DNA of 64,000 bases, taken from a plasmid. A program made the position numbers and the translations under genes. Positions 48,801 to 57,859 of this stretch are shown in pieces. The notes below the pieces were generated by a model that was given only the letters and a program-made list of their open reading frames with translations, was not told where the DNA came from and made no database searches. The DNA lies in sequence record NZ_CP020440.2. One strand, given 5' to 3'. How positions within the stretch are numbered: position 1 is the stretch's first letter; the number at the start of each line of letters is the position of its first letter.

Positions 48801-48916
48801 TCGGCATCGGGGTTCTGGGCGGCATCGCGACATCGGCTGTCATCGGCATCTTCCTGGTCGCCGTGTTCTATGTCGTGGTCCTGCGCGGCGTCAGTTTGAT
48901 TCGGCGTAGGGGTTGA
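45821..48916 (+). CDS. RND multidrug efflux transporter (AcrB/MexB-like, HAE1)
   Basis: 1031 aa, [43 protein letters not shown]… canonical AcrB N-terminus and 12-TM architecture. Confidence 0.9.
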   Translation: [1031 protein letters not shown]

Positions 48917-48955
48917 TGTCAGGCGCTTGCATGAAGAAGCTGGAAACGGACTGAT

Positions 48956-51559
48956 CTATTCGGCGGCCCTTGCGACCGCCTGGGCCTCCAGGATGGCGCG
49001 AATCTCGGGCCGGCACGAACCGCAGTTCGTGCCCGCGCCAAGCGCCTTGCCCACCGCCTCGACCGAGGTCAGGGCCTGGCTGGCGATGGCCCGGACGATG
49101 CTGTTCACCCCGACCGAGAAGCAGGCGCAGATCAGCGCCCCGTCATCCGGCCGTCCGGCCGCGGCCTGACCCGCCAGCAGGTCCGGCCCGCAGTCCGCGC
49201 CAAGCGCGGCGGCCACATGGCTGCGCGACAGCGCGACGGGTTCGGGCGCGACGAACAGGGCCGCCTGCAGCCGCCCGTCCCGGACAAAGGCCAGCCGCAC
49301 CAGGCTGCGGCGGCGATCCTGCATCACCAGCGGATCGCCCGGCAGGCCGAACAGGGCGCGCGCCTCCTGTATCCAGTCCTCGGGCAGGGCGCCGCCGGCC
49401 AGTTCCACCTGCTGGCCCTTGGGCAAGGTGGCCCGCGCCCAGTAATCCGCGCGCGGCGTGATCGGCCCGGCCGCGACCGCGAAGCCGTACCAGGCCGCCG
49501 CAAAGGGCCGGATCGCAACCTGCGCCGATTTCAGCGCAGGCTGGCCCGAGACGGGGTCGGTCAGCGCCGGCACCAGGGCGTCGACGCGCCCGGTCGGCGC
49601 GGTTTCGGCGGTCCAGTGCATCGGGGCAAAGGGCTGGCCGGGCGCCACGCGGTCGGTGACCAGGACGCGCAGGACGGCACGGCCCAAGGGGCTTTCCACC
49701 TGCGCCAGCGTGGCGGGCCGCAGGCCCAGCCGGCCCGCATCCTGCGGGTGCAGTTCCAGGAAGGGCTCGGCCATGTGCCTCGACAGCCGGGGTGACAGGC
49801 CGGTGCGGGTCATTGTGTGCCAATGGTCCCGCACCCGCCCGGTGTTCAGCCGGAAGGGATGATCGGGATCGGGGGCCATCGGGATGCGTGGGGCCACCGC
49901 CACCATCCGCGCCTTGCCCGACGGGGTATGAAAGCGGCCATCGCCAAAGAACCGCCCGCCCGTCTTGCGCGGCGATTGCGGCCACAGGAACGGCTGCATC
50001 GCGTCGTAATCGGCCGTCTTGATGTTGGCATGGTCCGAGATGTCGAAGTCGCTGCCCAGCCGACCGGCGACGCCCGACAGGGCGGCGTGCTCGGCAAAGA
50101 CCTGGGCCGGGTTTTCCCAGGCAAAGGCCTTGCCCCAGCCCATGCGGGCGGCAACATCCGCGATGATGCGCCAGTCGTCGCGCGCCTGGCCCGCCGGCGG
50201 CAGACTGCGGCGCTGGCGCGAGATGCGGCGTTCCGAGTTTGTCACCGTGCCGTCCTTTTCGCCCCAGCCGGTGGCGGGCAGCAGCACATGTGCAAGCCGC
50301 GTCGTGTCGGTCCGCGCCACCATGTCCGAGACCACCACGAAGTCGCAGCCGGCGATGGCGCGGGCGACCCGGTCGGCCTCGGGCATCGAGACGGCGGGAT
50401 TGGTGCAGACGATCCACAGCGCCTTGATGCGCCCCTCCTCGACCGCGCGGAACATGTCCACGGCCTTCAGCCCGGGCTTTTCCGCGATGGTGGGCGAGGC
50501 CCAGAAGGACTGGACGGCGGCGCGATGGGCGGGGTTCTCGATCTCGAGGTGGCAGGCCAGCATGTTGGCAAGTCCGCCCACCTCGCGCCCGCCCATGGCG
50601 TTGGGCTGGCCGGTGATGCTGAAGGGACCCGTGCCGGGTTGGCCGATGCGCCCCGTCGCAAGGTGGCAGTTCAGGATGGCATTGACCTTGTCGGTCCCGT
50701 CGTCGGACTGGTTCACGCCCTGAGAATAGACCGTCACAACCCTGTCGCTGCCCCGCCAGATCGACAGAAACTGCGCCAGGTCGGCGGGGTCCAGGCCGGT
50801 GGTTTCCACAGCCGCCAGGCGGGCCTGCGCCAGGGCCTCTTCCACATCCTCGACATTTTCAAGGAAGTCCATGCAATCCACTGAATTGGAAAGAAGCCAG
50901 TTGAACAGATTGGTGTCTGTCCCAGGCCTCAGTGCCAGATGCAGATCGGCGATGTCGCAACTGGCCGTGCGGCGGGGATCGACGACCACGACCTGCGTGC
51001 CCCGCGCCTCGCGCGCGGCGGCAAGGCGCTGGTACAGCACCGGATGGCACCACGCCAGGTTCGACCCGACCAGCACCACCACATCCGCCTGCTCAAGGTC
51101 CTCGTACAGTCCCGGCACGGTGTCAGAGCCGAATGCCCGGCGGTGCCCCGCGACCGACGAGGCCATGCACAGCCGCGAATTCGTGTCGATGTTGGCGCTG
51201 CCGACAAAGCCCTTCATCAACTTGTTGGCGACATAGTAATCCTCGGTCAACAACTGGCCCGAGACATACATGGCGACCGCATCCGGCCCATGCGCGGCGA
51301 TGGTCCGGGACAGGCGCCCCGCGACCATGTCCAGCGCCTCGTCCCAGCCTGCCTCGCGCCCGTTGATGCGGGGGGCGAGCAGCCGGCCCCCCATCCCCAG
51401 GGTTTCACCCAGCGCCGCGCCCTTGACGCAGAGCCTGCCGAAATTCGCCGGATGATCGGGGTCGCCCGCGATGGCGAGCCCGCCCCGACCGTCGGGCGTG
51501 GCCAGCACCCCGCAGCCGGTGCCGCAATAGGGACAGGTGGTGCGGATGGGCTGGTGCAT
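48956..51559 (-). CDS. nasC: Assimilatory nitrate reductase catalytic subunit (Mo-bisMGD) with a C-terminal BFD-like [2Fe-2S] segment
   Basis: N-terminal 4Fe-4S motif MHQPIRTTCPYCGTGCGV…C, molybdopterin oxidoreductase regions, C-terminal CxC…CxxC (ICACFSVG…GTNCGSCRPE). ATG at 51559. Confidence 0.85.
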   Translation of the reverse strand: MHQPIRTTCPYCGTGCGVLATPDGRGGLAIAGDPDHPANFGRLCVKGAALGETLGMGGRLLAPRINGREAGWDEALDMVAGRLSRTIAAHGPDAVAMYVSGQLLTEDYYVANKLMKGFVGSANIDTNSRLCMASSVAGHRRAFGSDTVPGLYEDLEQADVVVLVGSNLAWCHPVLYQRLAAAREARGTQVVVVDPRRTASCDIADLHLALRPGTDTNLFNWLLSNSVDCMDFLENVEDVEEALAQARLAAVETTGLDPADLAQFLSIWRGSDRVVTVYSQGVNQSDDGTDKVNAILNCHLATGRIGQPGTGPFSITGQPNAMGGREVGGLANMLACHLEIENPAHRAAVQSFWASPTIAEKPGLKAVDMFRAVEEGRIKALWIVCTNPAVSMPEADRVARAIAGCDFVVVSDMVARTDTTRLAHVLLPATGWGEKDGTVTNSERRISRQRRSLPPAGQARDDWRIIADVAARMGWGKAFAWENPAQVFAEHAALSGVAGRLGSDFDISDHANIKTADYDAMQPFLWPQSPRKTGGRFFGDGRFHTPSGKARMVAVAPRIPMAPDPDHPFRLNTGRVRDHWHTMTRTGLSPRLSRHMAEPFLELHPQDAGRLGLRPATLAQVESPLGRAVLRVLVTDRVAPGQPFAPMHWTAETAPTGRVDALVPALTDPVSGQPALKSAQVAIRPFAAAWYGFAVAAGPITPRADYWARATLPKGQQVELAGGALPEDWIQEARALFGLPGDPLVMQDRRRSLVRLAFVRDGRLQAALFVAPEPVALSRSHVAAALGADCGPDLLAGQAAAGRPDDGALICACFSVGVNSIVRAIASQALTSVEAVGKALGAGTNCGSCRPEIRAILEAQAVARAAE

Positions 51560-51563
51560 CGCG

Positions 51564-52409
51564 TCACTCGGCCGGCACGGCGGGGGCCTGCGGGGCCGGG
51601 TTGCGGTCCAGTTCGGGCGAGGTCTTGTGATGCGTGGCATAGATAACCCCGCCGACAAAGGTCAGCCCGCCGACCAGGTTCCCGATGACGGTCGGGATCT
51701 CGTTCCAGATCATGTAATCCATGATCGTGAAATTGCCGCCCAGCAGCAGGCCCGCCGGGAACAGGAACATGTTCACGATGGAATGTTCGAACCCCATGTA
51801 GAAGAACACCAGGATCGGCATCCACATCGCCATGATCTTGCCCGAAACGCTGGTGGACATCATCGCGGCCACCACGCCGGTCGAGACCATCCAGTTGCAC
51901 ATGACCGCGCGCACGAACAGCGTCAGCATTCCCGCCGCGCCATGGGCGGCATAGCCGAGCGTCCGCCCTTCGCCGATATGGCCGATCTTTTCGCCCACCG
52001 CGTTCGGGGCCTCGGACCAGCCGAAGGTCACGATGATCGCCATGAACAGCGCGACCGTAAAGGCGCCGGCGAAATTGCCCGCGAACACCAGCCCCCAGTT
52101 GCGCAGCATGCCGCGCAGGGTGACGCCGTGCCGCCGGTCGATCAGCGCCAGCGGGACCAGCGTGAACACCCCGGTCAGCAGGTCGAACCCCAGCAGGTAA
52201 AGCATGCAGAACCCGACCGGGAACAGCAGCGCGCCCAAAAGCGGGTTGCCGGTGTTGACCGTCACGGTGACGGCAAAGGCCGCCGCCAGCGCCAGGATCG
52301 CGCCTGCCATATAGGCGCGGATCAGCGTGTCGCGGGTGGACATGAAGACCTTCGCCTCTCCGGCGTCGATCATCTTCTTTGCAAAATCAGCGGGATTGAC
52401 GTAGGACAT
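51564..52409 (-). CDS. nasH: Formate/nitrite transporter family protein (nitrite transporter)
   Basis: FNT-family signature (…LGFDLLTGVFT… and …NWMVSTGVVAAM…), 281 aa. Confidence 0.85.
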   Translation of the reverse strand: MSYVNPADFAKKMIDAGEAKVFMSTRDTLIRAYMAGAILALAAAFAVTVTVNTGNPLLGALLFPVGFCMLYLLGFDLLTGVFTLVPLALIDRRHGVTLRGMLRNWGLVFAGNFAGAFTVALFMAIIVTFGWSEAPNAVGEKIGHIGEGRTLGYAAHGAAGMLTLFVRAVMCNWMVSTGVVAAMMSTSVSGKIMAMWMPILVFFYMGFEHSIVNMFLFPAGLLLGGNFTIMDYMIWNEIPTVIGNLVGGLTFVGGVIYATHHKTSPELDRNPAPQAPAVPAE

Positions 52410-52420
52410 GATGTGTTTCC

Positions 52421-52756
52421 TCAGGCTGCGGCGTTGCGGCGGATCAAGCTGGCGTCGATCAGGACGCGGCCCTGCTGGACGCGGATGGGATAGGTGCGGA
52501 CAGTGCCCTGGTCGGCGCCCTGCGCCGCGCCGGTGTTCATGTCGAAGACCCAGTTGTGCAGCGGGCAGGTGACGGACGTGCCGTGCACGATGCCCTCGGA
52601 CAGCGGGCCGCCCTTGTGCGGGCAGCGGTCGTCCAGCGCAAAGACCTGGTCGTCCATGGTGCGGAACACCGCCACGCAGCCCTGCGCGGTCTTGACTAGA
52701 CGCGCGCCCTGCCGGGGGATGGCGTCCAAGGGTCCGATGTCAACGAAGATGGTCAT
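52421..52756 (-). CDS. nasG: Nitrite reductase small subunit / Rieske-type ferredoxin (NirD family)
   Basis: MTIFVDIGPLDAIPRQGARLV…CPHKGGPLSEG…CPLHNW (Rieske-like CxH…CxxH). ATG overlaps the nasB stop. Confidence 0.8.
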   Translation of the reverse strand: MTIFVDIGPLDAIPRQGARLVKTAQGCVAVFRTMDDQVFALDDRCPHKGGPLSEGIVHGTSVTCPLHNWVFDMNTGAAQGADQGTVRTYPIRVQQGRVLIDASLIRRNAAA

Positions 52757-55182
52757 TCCGCAGCCTCCAGCGTCAGGTCGGCAAGGGGGGCCCATTTGGG
52801 CGTCTCGGCGGGGGTGGACAGGTCGGCCCAGGGGTCGCGGCGATAGATGGACTGGCTGATCTCGAACCGCTCGACCAGGGCGCGGCGGTTGTCCATGTCG
52901 TCCACGACCTGCGCCTTGATCCAGTCCAGCCCGACCTTGCCCATCCATTTCCAGATGCGGTCCAGATAGCGGGCGTTTTCGCGGTAAAGCTGTGTCACCG
53001 CCAGGATGATCTCGACCGCCTCATCCTCGGAGGGGGTCGAGGCCAGGGCCACGGTTTCCTTGACCTCCATCCCCGCCGCGCCGCCGATCGAGATGTTGTA
53101 GCCGCTGTCCACGCAGACCACGCCGATGTCCTTGCAGGTGGCCTCGGCGCAGTTCCTGGGACAGCCCGAGACGCCCAGCTTCAGCTTGTGCGGCGTCCAG
53201 GACCCCCACATCGCCTTTTCCAGCCGGATGCCCAGGCCGGTGGAATCCTGCGTGCCGACGCGGCAGAACTCCTTGCCGACGCAGGTCTTGACCGTGCGCA
53301 GCCCCTTGGAATAGGCCGCGCCCGACACCATCCCGGCGGCGTTCAGGTCGGCCCACATGTGCGGCAGGTCCTCTTTCCGCACGCCCAGCAGGTCGATGCG
53401 CTGGCCGCCCGTGACCTTGACCATCGGCACGTTGTATTTCTCGGCCGCGTCGGCGATGGCGCGCAGTTCCGCCGGCGTGGTGACGCCGCCCCACATGCGC
53501 GGCACCACCGAATAGGTGCCGTCCTTCTGGATGTTGGCGTGGTTTCTTTCGTTGACGAAACGCGACTGGCGGTCGTCGCGGTATTCCAGCGGCCATTCCG
53601 CCAGCAGGTAATAGTTCAGCGCCGGGCGGCAGGAATGGCATCCGCCGACGGTTTTCCAGCCCAGGTCCTGCATCACGGCGGGGATCGACTTCAGCCCCAT
53701 GGACCGGATCAGGCGGCGCACGTCCTCATGCGTGTGGTCGGTGCATTTGCACATCCCCGCCGGGGCCTCGGCCACCGCGCCGCCAAGCGCCAGCGCCATC
53801 ACCTGTTGCACCAGCCCGGTGCAGGTGCCGCAGGAGGCCGACGCCTTGGTGCAGGTCCGCACCGCCTCAAGCGTGCAGACCCCGCCCGCCACCGCGTCGA
53901 GGATGGTGCCCTTGGAAACGCCGTTGCAGCCGCAGATCTCCGCCTCAGGCGGCAAGGCTGCAACGGCCGCCATAGGGTCCGGCGCACCACCCCCCTGAAA
54001 GGCCGGGCCGAAGATCAGCGTGTCGCGCATCGGCCCGATGTCGGCCCCCTCCTTCATCAGCCCATAGAACCAGTTGCCGTCGGCCGTGTCGCCATACATG
54101 ACGACGCCGACAATGCGGTCGTTTTCCAGGACCAGCCGCTTGTAGATGCCGCGCCCCGGATCGCGAAAGACGATATCCTCGCGGCCCGGCGCGTCGGCGA
54201 AATCGCCTGCGCTGAACAGGTCGCAGCCGGTGACCTTCAGCTTGGTCGCGGTCTGGACCGGGGCAAAGGCGGCCGCCTCGCCCATCAGCGTGCGGGCCAG
54301 CACCTTGGCCTGGTCGTAAAGCGGCGCGACCAGGCCGAAAAGCTGGCCACGATGTTCGACGCATTCGCCAAGCGCAAAGATATGCGGGTCGCTGGTGCAC
54401 ATGGCGTCGTCGACGACAATGCCGCGCTCGACCTCAAGATGTGCGTCGGTGGCGATGCGGGTTTCGGGGCGGATGCCGACGGCCATGCAGACCAGATCGG
54501 CGGGATAGATGGTGCCGTCCTCCAGCAGCACGGCCTCGGCGCGGTCGCGGCCCAGGATCGCCTTGGTCGCGCCCTTGCAATGCACCGTGATGCCGCGCTT
54601 CTCCAGATCGCGCTGCAGCAGATAGCCGGCGGCGGGGTCCAGTTGACGCTCCATCAGGTGGCCCATCAGGTGGATGACGGTGACGCGGGCGCCGCGCGCG
54701 GCCATGCCTGCCGCAGCCTCAAGGCCCAGGAGCCCGCCGCCGATCACCACTGCGTCCTTGCCTGCAGTCGCCATCATGGCCTGCGTATCCTCAAGGTCGC
54801 GATAGGCGACCACGCCGGGCAGGTCCTTGCCCGCCACCGGGATGATGAAGGGCGCCGAGCCGGTGGCGATGACCAGCGCGTCGTATCCGACGCTGGATTT
54901 GTTTGAATGCACCACGCGCGCTGCGCGGTCGATGCGGACCACGGCCTCGCCGAAGCGGCAATCGACGCCATGGGCGGCATACCAGTCGGCGTCATGGGTG
55001 ACGATCTGTTCATAGGTCTTTTCGCCCGACAGCACCGGCGACAGCATCAGCCGGTTGTAGTTGCCGCGCGGCTCGGCGTTGAACAGGGTCACGTCCCAGG
55101 CGTCGGGGGCTGCATCGAACAGCTGTTCCAGCATCCGGCCCGAGGCCATGCCGGCGCCGATGACGACAAGTTTCTTCCTCAT
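52753..55182 (-). CDS. nasB: NAD(P)H-dependent assimilatory nitrite reductase large subunit (FAD, [2Fe-2S], sirohaem-[4Fe-4S])
   Basis: MRKKLVVIGAGMASGR (FAD/NAD Rossmann), BFD-like CGCNGVSKG…CGTC, sirohaem region TGGQRIDLLG…CPRNCAEA. RBS AGAAGGAGCAAGCC ATG. Confidence 0.9.
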   Translation of the reverse strand: MRKKLVVIGAGMASGRMLEQLFDAAPDAWDVTLFNAEPRGNYNRLMLSPVLSGEKTYEQIVTHDADWYAAHGVDCRFGEAVVRIDRAARVVHSNKSSVGYDALVIATGSAPFIIPVAGKDLPGVVAYRDLEDTQAMMATAGKDAVVIGGGLLGLEAAAGMAARGARVTVIHLMGHLMERQLDPAAGYLLQRDLEKRGITVHCKGATKAILGRDRAEAVLLEDGTIYPADLVCMAVGIRPETRIATDAHLEVERGIVVDDAMCTSDPHIFALGECVEHRGQLFGLVAPLYDQAKVLARTLMGEAAAFAPVQTATKLKVTGCDLFSAGDFADAPGREDIVFRDPGRGIYKRLVLENDRIVGVVMYGDTADGNWFYGLMKEGADIGPMRDTLIFGPAFQGGGAPDPMAAVAALPPEAEICGCNGVSKGTILDAVAGGVCTLEAVRTCTKASASCGTCTGLVQQVMALALGGAVAEAPAGMCKCTDHTHEDVRRLIRSMGLKSIPAVMQDLGWKTVGGCHSCRPALNYYLLAEWPLEYRDDRQSRFVNERNHANIQKDGTYSVVPRMWGGVTTPAELRAIADAAEKYNVPMVKVTGGQRIDLLGVRKEDLPHMWADLNAAGMVSGAAYSKGLRTVKTCVGKEFCRVGTQDSTGLGIRLEKAMWGSWTPHKLKLGVSGCPRNCAEATCKDIGVVCVDSGYNISIGGAAGMEVKETVALASTPSEDEAVEIILAVTQLYRENARYLDRIWKWMGKVGLDWIKAQVVDDMDNRRALVERFEISQSIYRRDPWADLSTPAETPKWAPLADLTLEAAE

Positions 55183-55195
55183 GGCTTGCTCCTTC

Positions 55196-56404
55196 TCAGG
55201 CGGCTTGCAGGGCGGGGGCGGGCAGGCGGCGGATCGAGGCGTGCATCCAGATCGCGCAGGCCGCGACCAGCAGGAACAGGACCGCGAAACAGCTGGACCA
55301 CAGCCCGGTCTGGTCCTTGAGCCAGCCAAACAGCAGCGGCAGCACGAAGCCGCCCAGGCCGCCGATCATGCCCACGAGCCCGCCGACCGCGCCAACGTTC
55401 TGCGGATAATAGGTCGGGATGTGCTTGTAGACGGCGGCCTTGCCGAGGCTCATGAAGAACCCGAGGACGAAGATCACCGCCAGGAACAGGCCCACCGGTA
55501 CGCCCGCGGGTAGCGCTAGGATCGCGGTCGCGGCCAGCGAGACGGCAAAGGTCGCATACATCACCTTGCGCGCGCCGATCCGATCCGACAGCACGCCGCC
55601 ATAGGCGCGAAAGATCGAGGCAGGGATGGAGTAGGCCGCGCCGACCATGCCCGCGACCTTGACGTCAAAGCCATAGACGCCGATCAGGTAATGCGGCAGC
55701 CACAGCGCCAGCGCGACGAAGGCCCCGAAGCTGAAGAAGTAATAGGCCGAAAAGCGCCAGACCTGCAGGTTCTTCAGCGGCGCGAATTCGGCCCGCAGGC
55801 TGCGCAGCGGCGCGCGAGTGCCCCGGCGGGCGGCGGTCACCGGGTCGTCCTTGCTGAAGGCCCAGAACAGCACCGCCGTCAGTGCCAGCGCGGCGGCCCA
55901 GATCTGCGCGGTCGCCTGCCAGCCCCAAGCCAGCATCACGAAGGGGGCGACGAACTTGGTCAGCGCCGCGCCGATGTTGCCGACGCCGAAAATGCCAAGC
56001 GCGGTGCCCTGCCGCGCGCCCTCGAAAAAGCGCGACACATAAGCCACGCCCACCGCGAAGGACCCGCCCGCCAGGCCCACACCCAGGGCCGCGACCAGCA
56101 ACTGGGGATAGGTCTCGGCCCGGCTCAGCAGGAAGGTGGCAAGCGCGGCGGCCAGCATGGTCAGCGTATAGACGCGCCGCCCGCCCAGCCGGTCGGTGGC
56201 GACGCCCAGCACGATGCGGACCAGCGATCCGGTCAGGATGGGCATGCCGGCCAGCAGGCCGAACTGCGTCTCGGTCAGGTTCAGCTCCCTGCCGATCTGG
56301 ATGCCTATGATGGAAAAGATCGTCCAGACGGCAAAGCAGATGGTGAAGGCAAAGGTCGACAGGGTCAGCGCGCGGCTGGAATCGGCGGGGGATGTGGCGG
56401 ACAT
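55196..56404 (-). CDS. nasA: Nitrate/nitrite MFS transporter (NNP family, NarK-like)
   Basis: 12-TM MFS with an NNP signature region (…GLAGGSFAVGVAYVSRFF…). ATG at 56404 with a GGAG RBS. Confidence 0.85.
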   Translation of the reverse strand: MSATSPADSSRALTLSTFAFTICFAVWTIFSIIGIQIGRELNLTETQFGLLAGMPILTGSLVRIVLGVATDRLGGRRVYTLTMLAAALATFLLSRAETYPQLLVAALGVGLAGGSFAVGVAYVSRFFEGARQGTALGIFGVGNIGAALTKFVAPFVMLAWGWQATAQIWAAALALTAVLFWAFSKDDPVTAARRGTRAPLRSLRAEFAPLKNLQVWRFSAYYFFSFGAFVALALWLPHYLIGVYGFDVKVAGMVGAAYSIPASIFRAYGGVLSDRIGARKVMYATFAVSLAATAILALPAGVPVGLFLAVIFVLGFFMSLGKAAVYKHIPTYYPQNVGAVGGLVGMIGGLGGFVLPLLFGWLKDQTGLWSSCFAVLFLLVAACAIWMHASIRRLPAPALQAA

Positions 56405-56680
56405 GGATGCTCCGATGGCGAAACTGGGGGCAGTGGCTGTCGGAAAGCGGCACAAGCGGTCGGGACGCCCCTTGGGGGTCCTGCGGCGATCCGCAGCGTG
56501 ACGCTTTCATCGGGAATGCCGCATCGTTGCGAGCGGGCCTGTGGCGCGCCATTGCGCCGGGCCATGTCCCTTGATCGCCTGTGCCGGGTGCCATCGCAAG
56601 CCTGGGATCCGGCCCAACGCAGGAAAACGGCCTGCCGCGCGAAAATGATGCGGGCGCGGCACCCGTTGCCTGCGGTTTCG
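56405..56680 (-). promoter_or_regulatory. 275-nt untranslated leader between nasS and nasA; candidate NasT (ANTAR) antitermination target with GC-rich hairpins
   Basis: Non-coding interval inside an otherwise tightly packed operon. The minus-strand RNA contains several short GC stems (e.g. GGCA-acgggu-GCC, GCAGG-ccguuuu-CCUGC). Assignment rests on the known P. denitrificans nasT/nasS control of a nasA leader. Confidence 0.35.
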
Positions 56681-57859
56681 TCAGTTTGTGGACGCGGGCG
56701 CGGCGGGGTCGAAGGTGAAGCCGTCGAAGAACCCGTCGGCACCCAGAATCATCTGGCCCTTTTCGGCGGCGACCAGGCGGTCTTGGGGCAGGGCGCCTTC
56801 GACCCGGGACGAGGCACCGGGCAGCGCCGCGCCGGCCGGGCGCAGGTGCTGGCGATAAAGGTCGGTGCGGAAATGGCCCATCGCCGCCTGCATGGCGGGG
56901 CCGGGGTCCAGACCGTGCCGTTGTGCAATGCGGTGGGCGAAGAGGGCCGCGCGGCTTTTCCACGGAAAATTCGCCGCGCCATCGTGGAACGCGATGAAGT
57001 GCGCGTCCTGCCGCATGTCGCCGTCGGGCGTGACCATGAGGCGGCCGGTCAGGCCCCGCTCGGCCAGTTCGGGGGACAGGTCCAGATAGGCCGGGCGGGA
57101 CAGGATGTCGGCGGCGGTGCCACGGTTCTGCGCCTCGTCCAGCCAGCGGCAGGCCCGCCAGACGGCGCGCATCAGGCGGCCGGTGATCTCGGGCCGGCCC
57201 TCGGCCAGGTCGCGGCGCATGACCAGCCCCTTTTCCGGGGCCGCCGCCCAGATCGCATTGCCCGGCAACAGCAGCGCGGCAAGGCCGCGTTCGACCGCGA
57301 ACGAGGCCCAGGGCTCGCCCACGCAAAAGGCGTCGACCTCGGCCGAGGCGAGGGCGTCGGCCATCATCGGCGGCGGCACGGTCGTCACGCGCACATCGCC
57401 GACGCCGCAGGCGCCCAGCCAATGCGCGATCAGCTCGTGCTGGGTCGAAAAGGCAAAGGGCACCGCCACCCGCAGCCCCTGGGGCGCGACGGCGCGCAAC
57501 GCAAGACCGGCGGCACGGGCGTCGTCAAAGGCGAAGTCTTGGCCCCGCGCGCGCAGCCGGGCGGTCAGATCGCGGCTGACGGCGACCGCCTGGCCCCCCT
57601 GCGACAGCACCATCAGCAGGTCCAGCGCCGGCATCCGGGGGCCCAGACCCATGGCCTGCGCGACCGGCATCGGCGCCAGCATATGCGCGGCATCGACCAG
57701 CCCCGCGCCCAGCATGTCGCGGCTTTGCGCCCAGGCGGTCTGGCGCACCAGATCGAGGCCCAGCCCTTCCTCGGCGGCAAAGCCCAGCTCATGGGCGACG
57801 ACCAGGGGCGCGGCATCGATCAGCGGCAGATAGCCCAGGCGCAGCGGCGTCAGGTTCAT
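56681..57859 (-). CDS. nasS: Nitrate/nitrite-sensing NrtA-like protein (NasS)
   Basis: NMT1/NrtA-like periplasmic-binding-fold protein without a signal peptide; ATG overlaps the nasT stop (ATGA). Confidence 0.8.
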   Translation of the reverse strand: MNLTPLRLGYLPLIDAAPLVVAHELGFAAEEGLGLDLVRQTAWAQSRDMLGAGLVDAAHMLAPMPVAQAMGLGPRMPALDLLMVLSQGGQAVAVSRDLTARLRARGQDFAFDDARAAGLALRAVAPQGLRVAVPFAFSTQHELIAHWLGACGVGDVRVTTVPPPMMADALASAEVDAFCVGEPWASFAVERGLAALLLPGNAIWAAAPEKGLVMRRDLAEGRPEITGRLMRAVWRACRWLDEAQNRGTAADILSRPAYLDLSPELAERGLTGRLMVTPDGDMRQDAHFIAFHDGAANFPWKSRAALFAHRIAQRHGLDPGPAMQAAMGHFRTDLYRQHLRPAGAALPGASSRVEGALPQDRLVAAEKGQMILGADGFFDGFTFDPAAPASTN